A program made the translations under genes and the position numbers. A stretch of 54,323 bases of DNA, the filler included, from Sphacelaria rigidula (taxonomy: Eukaryota): the NCBI GenBank assembly GCA_964200075.2. It is 5 parts of 5 records of this genome, joined end to end, with 100 filler letters (N's around TTAATTAATTAA, not from the genome) between each part and the next. Parts side by side here need not be neighbours in the genome. Positions count along the whole stretch, not along the records: positions 32,656 to 43,439 come from CAXNAA020005918.1; positions 43,540 to 54,323 come from CAXNAA020005919.1; 3 more parts are not named here. One strand, written 5' to 3'. Numbering within the stretch: the stretch's first letter is position 1; each line of letters begins with the position of its first letter. Under the pieces are notes generated by a model. That model made no database searches. It had not been told where the DNA came from and saw nothing but the letters and a program-made list of their open reading frames with translations. Shown here one piece after another: positions 36,530-49,800 of the stretch.

Positions 36530-37297
36530 TATACTCGGCCTATGTTTCTCCCATGACAGTTAAATAGTGACGCCAGAACTTGTGCATTTGGGAAGATCTT
36601 GTTCACATATGTTGCGAGTGTACACGGCCTCTGAGGGGCAATAAAAGATCTCCCTTCATCGAGAAATTCGGCATTGAAAGAACTCCACCCCCTAAAAAAT
36701 ATCCTCTGAAATTCACGTACAAGTAACGAACACCATCCACCTGATGTCTATATGATGAAATGAATCACCCCCCGTAGTATCCACACTTGCTCATTCACCC
36801 AACCGTGTATTACCTCGTCAACGGACTTTGTCAGCGAGTATGTGCACTACTTGTTCACGGCCCGAGGCCACCCAGCAAATTCATGATCTCTTGTACCTCT
36901 GGCGATGGAAGAAACGGCAAAAGCGGAATAAAAAAACAACGATGCCGGGGGACGCGGATCCAGAGGGATAACAGACGGAGGAGAACAGGGAAGATGAGTG
37001 CCCACGTACCTGTTTTCTTTTGGCGAAGACAATCAATGAACACACTGACGCCAGACGACGGTTGTCGATTCAGTTCACCTGAATGTCTCATATATATTCC
37101 ATTCGCTCTGTTTGAAAACACTACCTCTACCGTACGCACAACAAAAGCAGAGGCACGGGGGTGGTGGGTAAGGCACATATCTCACCGGGATCCGCAGGCT
37201 GCGGCGAGGAAGCTGGAGGCTTCGGCGGTATTGGTGCTGCGCTTCCCCCCCTGGTGGTGGTCTCCACCCCGCTAGCACCGCCCATGAGGATCGCTTG
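36530..37297 (-). pseudogene. Decayed multi-exon gene of unknown family with short introns
   Basis: Candidate exons 37297-37186, 37078-37010, 36898-36814, 36740-~36530 with GT-AG introns of 107, 111 and 73 nt. The first two joins keep frame; the third exon needs one frameshift and contains a TGA. Confidence 0.4.
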
Positions 37298-39289
37298 CTG
37301 AAAATGATTCTTCGCCAACAAATAGTAACTGTAATAAACACGAGCGGGACATTCCTTTCACGTCGAAGAGTACGCGTGTAAAATCATATTTCGGCTCTCA
37401 GTATCGGTAGTGCTGGTCAAAATGCTCACTAAAAGCAAGACACAACGGTGAAACACGGTTGTTTTGCAGTACGTGGGATTTCGCCTGGCAAAGTCGTTTT
37501 GTGTACTTGCGAGATGTTCTGTATTGCGTCGGCCAGCCTTAATACCTCCGGTTCGGACGCTTGGCACAATACTGAGCAAAATATTCATGAATTACGAATA
37601 CGATCTGTGCTACTACTTTCTCGATGAAATGTGCCCGAAAAATCTCTCTGGCTACTGTTTTGCTTGGTTTGTCAGGAGCGTGGAACCGCAGAAAACGTGT
37701 TTCACTGCGAAGTCGATCTTGCAGCGATTAGATTGCATGCTCACTGTGCGGCAACTACGCAGCGCACAACATTGAACACTCAAGGTTGTGATATGTCGTC
37801 AGACTAAAGGTATCGTGCGTCGGCGTTCTGCGTAATTGATACATGGGTAGAGCTGATGGACTGTTACACATTGATCGAGCCGCTACGAATCCGCTTGTGG
37901 TCGTGGGATATAAGTATCCAAGGTGATCGGCGGAAACACTCGTTGAGATATATGAATTATTTTGAAGACCCGTCGATAGAATGTCAAAAATGTCAACCAC
38001 GTCAAGTCATCGAGGACAAAGTGCATGACTGGGGCGCACCGGCCGGCGGCAGCGAAGCCGCTCCACGACTACGCCGGCGTTTGTGTAGCGCTCGTTGCAC
38101 CCCAGTTATCCTGCTCTAACGGATAACTGTAACTGGTTGAAATCAATGACATCAACTGAACTAGTTCTTCGAACTAGTTCGTCACTCCAATATATGGTGT
38201 ATAGGCGAATGTACGCTCCTTCCTAGAGAAATTGGCGGAGCTGAGCAAGGTACAGTGATATCCAAGGAGTGTCATATCATCGAAATCCGGAGGCATATCT
38301 CCAACGTTGTACTTTCACCCCAAGATGGTGAGACACCCATGAGGCGGTGTGTAACCCGTGGTTGTCTCTGGAAGGGTTCATACCAGAAAATGAAGCAACT
38401 CATTGTCATTCATATAAAAAATAATGATCAGCGTCGGGCCGAAAAATCTTTGAAGGGTGCAGCTCACCCTTCATGAGACTCGCCAAACGCATCACGGCGC
38501 TTCGCGCTTGGTGACTGCGAGCCTGGCCCGGCGAAAATCCCGGCGCGCTGCGTCTCGGCTTTGCAGGGGTACGAGGTCAACGGTCATAGCAAGACATGAG
38601 TACCCCCCTCCCTCCCCGCCCCCACTGAACGGTTTCGGTCTCGAACGGGAACGGGATGCGAGGTCTATGGTCTAATAACTACGGCGCGCAAGATCATAAC
38701 AACATTCCCCCCAAGGAGATGGGGCGAGGGAAGGTACTCTGAATCCAGCTAATACGAAGGCATGTGGGGGAACCTGGAAACCGGCCGCGGCTGTGTGATG
38801 GAACCGTTTATACTAGGCTTGAAATAAGTATTGGCGCTGTTCTGAAAGATTGACGGCCACAGAGAGAAAGTCATAGAAGTTGAACCGATTTAGTGACGTG
38901 AGGGCTGTTTGTCTGAGAAGCGGAGCTGTCTTGAGACCATCCCACATTCCGCGTAATCGGGGGGACAAAAATGATGAAATCACAAATGCGGTATCTATGT
39001 GTATTGGGTTAGCGGTACAGCTGGTGCAGCTGCGTACAGAATGGCTTCAAGCTGCCTTTTCGCCAGCGCGAACAATATCTGTGTTCGGTTCGAGACCTCG
39101 GTGGGTTCGAAGTATATGCCATTCCTTGCAGCATTGCTCCCCCGTCACGCTTGCATGCGCTCTCTGTCTGCGGGGCGGATCCATGGTCTCAGGAAATCAA
39201 CTCATCTCCCCCGCATTGTATGCTGCGAACCTATTGCAGGAATATAACACGAGTGATACCGTCAAGTGGACGGTTGATACGTCTCACGG

Positions 39290-39525
39290 GATTTTCATCC
39301 GATAGTCGTCAAACAAATATTTGCACGTACTTTTCATCAAACAGTCATTTACAAGTGACCACTGGCCCAGCAGTTTCATCTCGTGATCGTCTGCAGGCGA
39401 CTAGTCCATAGGTTTTCATTCAGTTGTCGTACAGACGACTAGTTGCACAGCATCTTCACCTGCTAGTCATTTGCACGAAGCTAGTCGTTCATTGTAGTCC
39501 AGTTGAAACATTTGTCGTTCGTTGA
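39290..39525 (-). repeat. Second copy of the 42-bp-unit element
   Basis: Reverse complement reads GACTAGCTTCGTGCAAATGACTAGCAGGTGAAGATGCTGTGCAACTAGTCGTCTGTA...GGACTAGTCGCCTGCAGACGA, colinear with about 16770-16960. Confidence 0.7.
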
Positions 39526-40644
39526 TCAAAAGCTGAATTCTGGCAGAAACGCAGCTACGGACCAACCTAGCGATATCACGTCCGCAGATTGGGTCGACAG
39601 CATACTGGACGTGATGCAGTACAACTATCATTCGTCATTATGACCATTTTTTGGTCCGGGGTATAACTTCACCTGGAGATGTTATGTAGAGGTGCTATGT
39701 AACGTACACAGGCACAGCGCTGTAAATATCGAGATGGCACTAAAAATAGTGGAGGTATCATGATCCAGAGGGGTTATATATTTACCGGGAGTGGTATTCA
39801 GCGTAAGATCATTGTCAGACACGTTACGCACCTGTGCAGATCATGGTCCGCTCCAAGAAAGCGGAAAAGCGAATCCTTGCCGTGTTGCACCTGAAACGTC
39901 AAGTATATCGCAGTGCAACAACATCCACAAAGAACCAAGACCGGGTCCGGAGCACGAGGAAAAAATCAACCGCTTGCTTCCGTGAGTTGCAGCACGAGGA
40001 AGAGAGGCAGACACGCACACAGACGGAGACGGGGACAGAGGCAGAGGCAAATAGGCAGATAGACTGAGAATCAGACTGTGAAACGATCTACAAGCAAATA
40101 ACTGTGGTCGTGCCCGAAGGTCACTTTACGGCCGTATGCAGCCTTTGGTTGTATCCTTGTCTACCTTCAGAAATAGGTGCAGCTCCGGCGTTTGTGCGTC
40201 ATCAGGCGGCACTCATCTACCGGGAGAGAGGAAACAGGTTCGAAAATATTTACCATCATCATCATCATCATCATCACCATCTCATTTGTGTAATCCATGT
40301 GGACACACGACTCGCTCGTCATTCTTACGATAGTCGTTACTATTGCTTCAGGTTATTTAACCCGTAGTTGTCGTCCTCGTTGCCTTTGTATATCGTATAC
40401 ATCGTGTATATAATATTCATGTCTACATGGTATGTACGAACATGACATGAGGGGTGGACAGCATACTTTGCAACTCACGCGATTGTTCATACTTGGTCAA
40501 GTACTTGAGTACTCTAACGTGATTTCTGACTGCACCTAAATATGGTCGTGTATCTCGTGAGAAACAGTCACGATTCTGCGCCTTCGCCGGTGACGATCCT
40601 GAGTTGCCTGTTCTGCGTCGACCATCGCCAAAAGGTAAACAACG

Positions 40645-41062
40645 TACAACCTCTGTTCCATAAGTCTGTGCCGCTGTGTTCCTTTGATCGTCTGGGTATT
40701 TCAACGCTGACGATCATCTTGTCAGAGAGATAACGCGAAGATGAAGCTGATCCAAGAAAAGAAGAGAGAGATTTTATTTTTTTTTCAATACTAAAATTAG
40801 GTCAAAATATACCCCATTTTGGCCCTTTTGGTCCACTTACACCTCATAATGATATTGGACGTTTTTACGTCGAGTACTAGCGATTACATGCTGAAAAAAT
40901 GTTAGATGGGGTGTGCGTAGGTTAACGTCACGGAGATATCCAAATCAGTGGTGGTTTTGCGGTTTTCACATGTTTTCCACGATTTTTCGCAATTCCCGGG
41001 TCTGTTATGCTTTCCTGGGGAAAAGAGCGAAAAATGGCCATATTTCGACCGACCCACTTTTA
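40645..41062 (+). mobile_element. Truncated relative of the Stowaway-like MITE at 46339
   Basis: Starts TA-CAACCTCTGTTCCATAAGTCTGTG. The body aligns with about 46340-46755 (CACGGA.ATATCCAAATCAGTGGTGGTTT, AAAAGAGCGAAAAATGGCCATATTT). Confidence 0.8.
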
Positions 41063-43439
41063 TTGTCACGGATGGATTCGTTGCGACGACCAGTCAATCA
41101 AATAAAAAAATAAACAACCGACCTATCAACCAAGCAAAGCAAATCAATCGCTTAATCGATCAATATTGAAGTAATCAAACACCACAAATGGAAGTATCAA
41201 GACGTCCTACATTTACGTGTACACACCTTGAGAAAGGCCTCGAAACCAGGCAATCGAACCGTCTTCTCCGCAGTACCCACGATCACCATCACCTGCCTTT
41301 TGCTGGAAGGCTTTTTCCTCACACACAGTAGGCGCGCACACGGAGCGACAGGCGACAAAGCCACAATAACTCACAAAATAAACCAAACAGGAGGATTGCT
41401 GACAAGCGGCGACCATTCAAGCAGCTCTTCTGATCAAAAGAAGGTGCTTATCTCTTCCAGCGTGGGGAGTTTAATGACTTGGGCTACGGACAGCATGGAT
41501 GATCTAAAAGCGTTTCTTCCAGACTGCCAAATGACAGAATCAGTCATGTAAGTTCGTCTCGCAAAACTGCTGTTTTATCTTTTCCAAAAAATCGACACGC
41601 GAGACAACACAAGACAAGGTGATGCCCTACAATATTCAGAACGCACCCTGTTGCGTAGTGTTGCTCGATCGCGAGTGGTCCATTCATCCACAACTTCATA
41701 TATATATACAAGGTTCCCCTTCGGGAGGTTGTTACGGGCCTCCCGGGGGTGACGCAAGTCGAAAGTATAAAATATACTTCGTACGAGCACGCCTTTTCAG
41801 TGCGCTGCAAAAGAAAGCGTGGGGAAAAATGCCTTGCTGGCAGAGAAAACTCGGCAAAAATGGTGAAGATGTGAAGTGATACATGTACATAATATAATAC
41901 ACATGAGTTGAATGAAGGTCGAAAAAGCGCGCGAGTCATCGCTTTGTCCGCTTCGATCGAGGAAATATATATTGCCCTCCGCGAAAACTAAACAGACGTG
42001 GACGAACAAACACAACTGATGAGGGAGCCTCCAATTACATAGAACGATGTATTCGTGAGATCGGGAGTAGAGGATACGGTTGAGAAGGAAAAGCGGTCAA
42101 TTAGTGATTTAATCGTTTCAGTTCCGAAATATCCCTCCGCGAGGCCCTTACCGAAGCAGCGGGCTAAATCACAGTTATTAAGCTGCGAAGCACCGGCACA
42201 GAGATGATCCTGTGAAGTCAGTGTTGCGACAAAAGCAAAAAGCTTTTTTTCGGAACAAGAGCTTACCGTTTTGCCCTCTAGTGCGCACTGCTGCAGCGCA
42301 CAGCACCAGATATAGCGACTTGGAACTGTTGACTGTGGTTTGCACAGCCTATGAGCGATGTTTCAGCGCCTCGCAGCGGCTGCAGCGCGCTTAGGGCCGT
42401 GCGCCATGAAGTGCGCAGCTCAACGGACTGTATGCCGATCGGTGCACTACAGATGGTCATGATCCAGGAAGGACCGCAGTACAGACCGGTCCCAGTTTGC
42501 TACCGCGTCGGCCGTCCAGTCGCTCAACATGTCCAAGTTTATGCATCTGCGCATGCATATATGCACTCGCCTGTAGTGCGATACTGGTAGACCTAAAGAA
42601 ATGTACATAAACAACGAGTGGTACTCGATTTGACTTGGTTTCAGTCTAAAGAAAGTTCTGAGAAAAACCATGATTTGGGGCAAGTGAGCAGTGGTGAGCA
42701 GTAGAACCAGATCGTCCAGAACATGTTTTTGTCCAAAATCGGCTCAAATGCTCTCAAAAGGCGTCGATTCGAGTTCTCGTGAGGCACGCTTGAGCTACGA
42801 AACTGCACCCCCCTTGCCCGAGAGTTCTCGGTATGCTGTAGTCGATGTTAGTGGTAGCGTTAGCGTTATGGTCGGTTGCATCTCCATAGCACCAACCGTT
42901 GTTTACGTGCATTTCTTGAAGCCCCCTCGGTGAAGTACTTGTGCAGGGATGCATCCTTGTCACAAGGACATTCTTGCGCCGGTACTTCACACAGGTGCAT
43001 TTTTTGAGGGAGCTCTCTGTTACGGGTTGCATGACCACAGGGATTTGGTCACCCACCTGCGCTTGTCGAGAACAGCTGACCGACAGTGAGGACGTTTGCC
43101 CACGTGTGTGCCTTGTTCAACTCGCCAACAGCTCATTGCATGTTCTTGGTTTTGCTGGTGACTAAAGCGAAGGCAATGCTCAATTGTTTCCAACTGCTTT
43201 GCTTTCATGTTCTTGTGACATTCGCTACACGACCGCTGTCTTCGTACTTCCGAATCAACGAGAACGCAAAGAAATACCCCGCCATGAACAGGCTTTTGTG
43301 GTTCGGGTTCTTGTTTGAAGTTTTCTATGATGAGGCTTTTGTGGTTCGGGATCGACACCCCGCAAAAAAGAGCCAGTGCGGGCAACTTTCGATGGCCAGA
43401 ACACGGGCCACAGGTATCAGATGACACCCAAACCTGAAA

Positions 43440-43539
43440 NNNNNNNNNNNNNNNNNNNNNNNNNNNNNNNNNNNNNNNNNNNNTTAATTAATTAANNNNN
43501 NNNNNNNNNNNNNNNNNNNNNNNNNNNNNNNNNNNNNNN
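43440..43539. other. Artificial contig linker
   Basis: N44-TTAATTAATTAA-N44. Confidence 0.97.
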
Positions 43540-43660
43540 ATTTCCCCCTCTAGGACGTCCCGTTCCTCCTCGAATAATCCACATTCTGCCACTATATGAC
43601 TCCTGCTCTCTATTGCTTTGCCACAGAGGCAATTCTGTCCATCTACTTCCTCCTCCTTTG
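43540..43660 (-). mobile_element. LINE ORF2 C-terminal zinc-knuckle fragment
   Basis: Translates EEEVDGQNCLCGKAIESRSHIVAECGLFEEERDVLEGE (C-x-C-x8-H-x4-C). Lies inside the eIF3h intron at the contig edge. Confidence 0.6.
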
Positions 43661-43803
43661 TAAAACAAGGGGAGGGGTTCAAAGTGCGACAAAAAAAATG
43701 ATACTACTACTACTACTAGTAATAATAATGAAGAAAAACATGGGATACGTATTTTCTCTTCCATAATAGTGAACAAGGATGAATGGAAGATGGACAACGG
43801 TAC

Positions 43804-46800
43804 CTTCTTGTCGAACTGCGGGTCCTCTTCTGGGAGCGGGTCTTCTCCTGCAGCTCGGCGCTCATCATTCACCTGCCTACGCTTCTGAAGCCATCGCGTG
43901 TGTTCCTGCGTGTACAAGCACGCCACGCGCACGACATCAAAACAACAGCGATGAAGGTTGCAGCGGGTTCGAGAGCTCGTACCGGCAGAACTGCCGCAGG
44001 CGAGGTGTGCCATGACCATGAGGTCAAATAGGTACACAGCACAAGAGGACAGGACGACAACGAGGATGGATCAGAGTGCATTTGCAAAGGATTTTTCGAG
44101 ATATGTCGAATAAAACCAAATAGACTGCGACCGAAAATGAATTTCGAATCAGAGGCAATACAGCAGACCATTTCACTGGCTCCGCGGGCGGGGGCGGGGG
44201 GACATCGTGTCACGTGCTCAACCCAATCAAGGAGACGAAAATGTCAGACGTGACATGACGAGACGAGCACAAGGCGACTCTGCACGTGTTGGAGGCAGAA
44301 ACCCCTGCCAAGCCCGAAAACATAAGACACAAAATATTCATGTATACATATAATATATATATATATACCTGTTTCTGCCGTTGTACGTTTCGGGTGTACT
44401 GGTTAAACTTGATCTGCTCGTTGGAGAGATCGTCTATCCAGTTGCAGAGGAACTCAAGGTTCTTCTCCAGGTAGGGGTTGGTAGACAGGTCTAGCCGATC
44501 AAAATCGCAATCCACACGATCACCCTCCTGCCACAGCGTCGATCGCAATACCGGTAAAAAAACGTGGGAAAACAGGAAAGAGCACGAGAGCAAAATGGAG
44601 CCTGTCCTTCATCGGTTCGTCTTTTTGTCGAACCGGACGCGGTTGCCGCGGAGCGCAGCGCACTGGACTGCGGGCGACAAATCAGTGCACTTGTCATGTT
44701 GGCGACATTCCTGCGACCCTCGACATCGAGATGAGGTCCACAAAAACGGGTACTGCACCGAGATGGATGCTTGGGCTCCACGTCCTTACCAATTGTAGTC
44801 AATGACAGGCGTAACAAGCATTGCCGCACGGAGAGGGACAACAGCAATAGTTGATATCGGACTGCAAGACCAAGCCCGCGGCTCCGCCAGATATGAAATC
44901 TACTCTAAGGGCGATCAGTAATAACAAGGCGGACGCGCTCAGGCATGGTGATAATCCCGCGTGCTCCCCTTCTACCGATTCGAGATTACGCACAATGCTC
45001 AATCAATCACTCGTGCTTGTTTTTCGCTCTGTTCCTCCCCAATTGGCCAGAGACTTGTCTTTCCGCCAGTCTGAACGCCAATATATCCATGCCATCTGTC
45101 CCTTCGCCTCCCTTTCGGTCACCTGCAAGTCGAAGATGAGGGCGTTGATGATGCCCGGATTTCGGATCTTGATGGGCAGCTCCTCCAAGATCTCTGACGG
45201 CTTGATGACCTCGTTCTTCTTTTCGCGGTACACACGCATGAAGGCCTTGGACAAACGGTACGCCTTGATCGTCAGCTGTCCGTTCGCTGTCTGGACGGGA
45301 TCGTACAGGATCACCACCGAGTTGTCGCTCAGGTTTTCCTGAGATTACGCGGCAGCAGGAGCGAGTGCGAGGCAAATAAGTGGTTAAGGAGCATCCCGGT
45401 GGCACGTGGGAAGGTCTGCTGATTGAAGACATACTCCTGAAGTACACACACACACACACACATACCTGATAGCTGAACTGGTTGTCGATTAACGTTTGTG
45501 TGCAGAACGACCCCAAGTACATCGACTGGTAGAACCCCACGCAGTTGTTATCCACGTTCACCTGAGGACAACGTCAACAACAGTTGATTGAGCGGAGCGC
45601 GCCGGGGGGGAGGGCAGGGTGGTGGGGGTTATGGCAATGGGTGTACCTTCTTTCAACTGTTCCCAACGCTGAAAGAGGAAATTGTCTTGACGCCCAAGAG
45701 CACGGCTGCGCAAAGCGACAGGCAATAAATACTCCATCTCCATCAACGCGACTAAAAGTAGATACCACAAGGAAGGGTATACAGCGCGATCGCTAGAGCA
45801 GATACTCCTCTACACCTTCCGGCAGTGGGGGATATACTCGGGGAACTTTGCCGTACCGGCCAAGTTGGGCGCGGAACAGGAACAGCCATGAATTATTCCG
45901 GTCGATGCTTTAGCTGTTATGTCTCTGTGGAGCTGACACATATCTCTCGTCAGCCCACCTCACGAAGCATCTTCATCATCTCCATCTGATAGTCCTGTCC
46001 GTCGATTTCCTCGGGTCGTGGTCCTCCCTCGGGCCCCGCTGCCGCTGTTGGAAACGGGAACGCATGTGTCACCTGTTAGGTGCAGCAGCTGGTGCGGTTA
46101 GGTGTGTCGGATCGGTGTCGACTTGTCGGGATCAAGAGTGGGGCTTTGCATTCGGTCCTCGGTCGGTCGCGATTCCCGTTAACAAAAACTTATCGTGGAC
46201 CGCGACCGTCGGTGTAGGGCTCATTCGGCGTCAAGGTCGCATGGCAGAGAGGTACTGCGTGATGCTGCGTTTGCTGCACGTTTGACAAAGAAGACCTTCC
46301 AAGCGAACGGTAATCGCGGGAACGAGAACAGTGTTGTACTCCCTCTGTTTCATGAGTCTGTGCAGTTATGGACGTTTAATCGTTCGGGTATTTCAATGCT
46401 GACGATCATCCTACAGTTGGGCTCGTTAGAGAGATAACGCGCACACGAAGCTGACTAAAAAAAACTTGTTTTCAATTTCAACACAGTGTCAAAATATATC
46501 CCATTTCGGCTTTTTTTTTATCCAGTTACACCCCAACGTTGACCGATTTTGGACGTTTTCACGTCGAGCATTCGCGACTACATGTTGAAGAATTATTAAA
46601 TGGGGCGTGCGTAGGTTGACGTCACGGAAATATCCAAATCAGTGGTGGTTTAGCGGTTTCCACATTTTTCCCAGATTTTTTCGCAATTCCCGGGTTCCCT
46701 ATGCTTTGCTGGAAAAAAGAGCGAAAAATGGCCATATTTTGACCAACCCACTTTTTCTCGGCCGCGATGCTGCACGGATCAAGCACCTACGTTGTAGAAA

Positions 46801-49800
46801 GAGAGTTGTTTCCGGCTAAAAAAAAGCCAACGAATGCAACCAAAAAATCGAAAATCAATTCGGACATCGTTGAGGATTCATACAAACATGATTGCACAGA
46901 CTTATGAAACAGAGGAAGTATGACACTACACTTTCCAGTGACTTTAGGCCGGATGTTATGGCAAACAGATTTTTGGCCTACGGATTGTTCACTTTTGGGA
47001 CGTTGATCCACCTTTTGACACCCAAACAGGGAACACCGCCAAAACACGTCTCGGACACTTTGCATCACCCCACAGAGAGGGACCTAATCTGCTTTTCAGA
47101 TTCGCTTGGCTCAGAAATTTCGAGAGTGGCCGCTGAACAATAAATCGTGTGCAAGAATCTTTGCTTGGAGACCCCCGCCAGTTTGCCAAATAATCTGTGG
47201 AGATCGCCGTAAATTTTATTGCGCACGGATTTTTGTTCGGCGGTCACTCTCGGGACCTTGGAGTCAAGCGAATCTAAAAAGTCAGCTAGGCTTCTCTCTG
47301 TGGGGTGATGTAAAGTGTCCAAGATGTGTGTTGGCAATTTCCCCTCTTTGGGGGGTCAAAAAGTGGCTCAAACGTCCGAAGAGTGAACAATCCGTGGGCC
47401 ATAACATCCGGCCTTAGGCGGCAGAAATATTTCGGACAAATATTTTGGGCTGACCTCGAGGTGCGTGCACTCATCGGCGGGATGATTGTTTAGGCTAAGT
47501 CATAGAGGTGACAACCCTCTCCATAGGTGATGCTATGTCCGGTCGGTCGTGTTCACAAAACAGTGCAGCCAGCTCGCAGCTCAAAATATAAATACCGGGA
47601 AAATGGACGTGGACATTGGGTGGGTGGGGGTGTACTCATGATCATGCATTGCTTGGGTTGGGGTGGGGGGTACCCTTTTATTGCTCGCATTAGTCGTTTG
47701 AACATTAAACACGCATCTCTTTCGAGACGGAGCACCATTCCTACTCCTAATAGAGACACCTCGGACATTCAGGCGCTCATTACGTTTCTTCCATACACTG
47801 CACAAAAACCGTTTACATATCTTATCCCCGTCCTGTTTCGTGCGTCTCTGGCCACCACATTTGAATTTGGGGGGTCGACGACGATGCAACGCGTGATATC
47901 GAACAGCAATCATGCTCGGGTGCATGGGTCACACGTTGTCACTTTGCACACAACCTTCTTGACCTCAGGCAACTACACCACGCCGTGTACATAAGTTTTG
48001 GTGAGATGCCCTCTTGAGCAGTAACAGTATGCACGCATCAGTCAATATTCTTCTTGTCATTTTTGTGGTTGCTGCTTCTGTCTATTTCTCTTCCCTCACT
48101 TCTTTCTCTTTTTTTTTGCTGCTCCCGACCACGGGCTAGATTATTGCAATCAGCCAGTGTGATATAATCAATCGATCTGCTGATCAATCAGTGAAGAGTT
48201 CCCCAGAGACATTTCATACGTCATGATATGGAAAATCCCCATGCACCAAAACACTGACAGCGGGCAACACTGGTTGGATTCTGCAAACGTTCTCCTGTAC
48301 GGAGCCGCCGCGCACGAGTGGCCTAACTGGTGCATGTCAAAAGCCGTTACTGTAGGGCGGAGTTAGGGGCTCGAATCCCAAGAGAGACGATTCTTGTCCA
48401 AGGAGCATCTGATTATGTGTTTCAAGACCTAGACCGCGAGGGTAGTCCATCTGGATCCTGCACACTTTCTTCATGTGAAGTTGATGCCGACTCAACAGAT
48501 GTACTACTCGCGCAATTCAAGGGTTGAAGACGTGAAGACGTGAGCAGCGAGGAAATTCTTGTAAAAGTTGACGTAGTGCGGGAGTTTTGCTTCGATCCGC
48601 GACGTCGAAGTGTCGAGCATGTACGGGCGGAGAGACGGCCTGTTCCCTTGAGACTACGGACTTATCTCGAGCAGGGAGTCCAAGAATACGACGTAGAGGA
48701 AAAGAGAGAGAAAGGGTAATCTGTCACCTCGAGGACGCCCGTCTGGTCCAGGCCAAGAAGCGATCCCGCCACCATCTGCGGCAAGCTCTCCGTGCAATGC
48801 TTGATTATTTTAAGTACAGCCTGCACAAACAAACGAGGGGATTCACACACAGGGTACGCGTTGGATGCAGGTGAACGACCATCACGTACAGAGACTGACA
48901 TTTGTACATTTCGGTTCATCGCGGGTAACAAGCAGGCTCACGCTCTATGATCGAAATGCTGCAAGCATTCGCCAGGAAATATTAACAATATTCAAAACGA
49001 ACGGGGGTATACCCCCTCCGAACCCCGAAGTTCGGCCCAGAGGAGGTATAGTGGATTTGGGACACGGAAAAGGCTGGGGAGGTCGCTAGAAGCATACTCC
49101 GTCCCCCGCAACGGTGCTATAAGGACACTGTCTTTTGTGCCAAAGCGTATGGGGGCACGGTATCGTCTGTCCCTCTTTTATGGTGACATTAATGTGCGAC
49201 AGGGAGCTACAGAAACACGCATCCCAGACAAAATAAGGGTGAACAGAAGCGAAGGTGTGTACCTTGCGAACACGAAAGTCCTCCCTATAAATGCCTGGGG
49301 TACGTGAGGATGGGGAAAATGACAACATGGTGACACTTCCCCTCCTTCTTTTCCTGCATTTTCTTCCGAGTTTCCGTCAGCGAGGTACACCGATCTTACG
49401 ACCTACGATCACGGATGGACTCGTAGCGGAGAAGACAATTTTTGACAACCCATCACTTGATCTGCGATGCGGTCACCTGCTGTGTAAATGCGATTTCGAT
49501 GACCCCCCCTTCTCCCTCTCGGGGCCCTGCGGGGCGTTTTGGAGAGTCAAATATCCTTCGATTACCTGCGAATGCTACGGGAAATCACGCCGTTCTCGTT
49601 CCAGTAAATGTGTTGGTCCTCATGCCTACTCCCCTACCTACCGGCGATGATATGTAGCTGACAGCTTACAAATTCGTATTTTCTCGGTAACAACTTTAGC
49701 GTTGTTTTTCTTGGGTACGTCGATCATGAGACCACGGCTGGACCCCTGGGTGGTCAGTTAAAGTGCGACAATCAATCAATCAATTAGTCAAAAACCGAGG

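Noticed and set aside
42016..42060. Hammerhead ribozyme from CTGATGAG
   Set aside because: No stem II followed by GAAA, and no cleavage-site pairing.
48662..48727. Extension of eIF3h exon 2 (VTDYPFSLF...)
   Set aside because: It runs into a stop; the true continuation VTHAFPFP is exon 3 at 46072.
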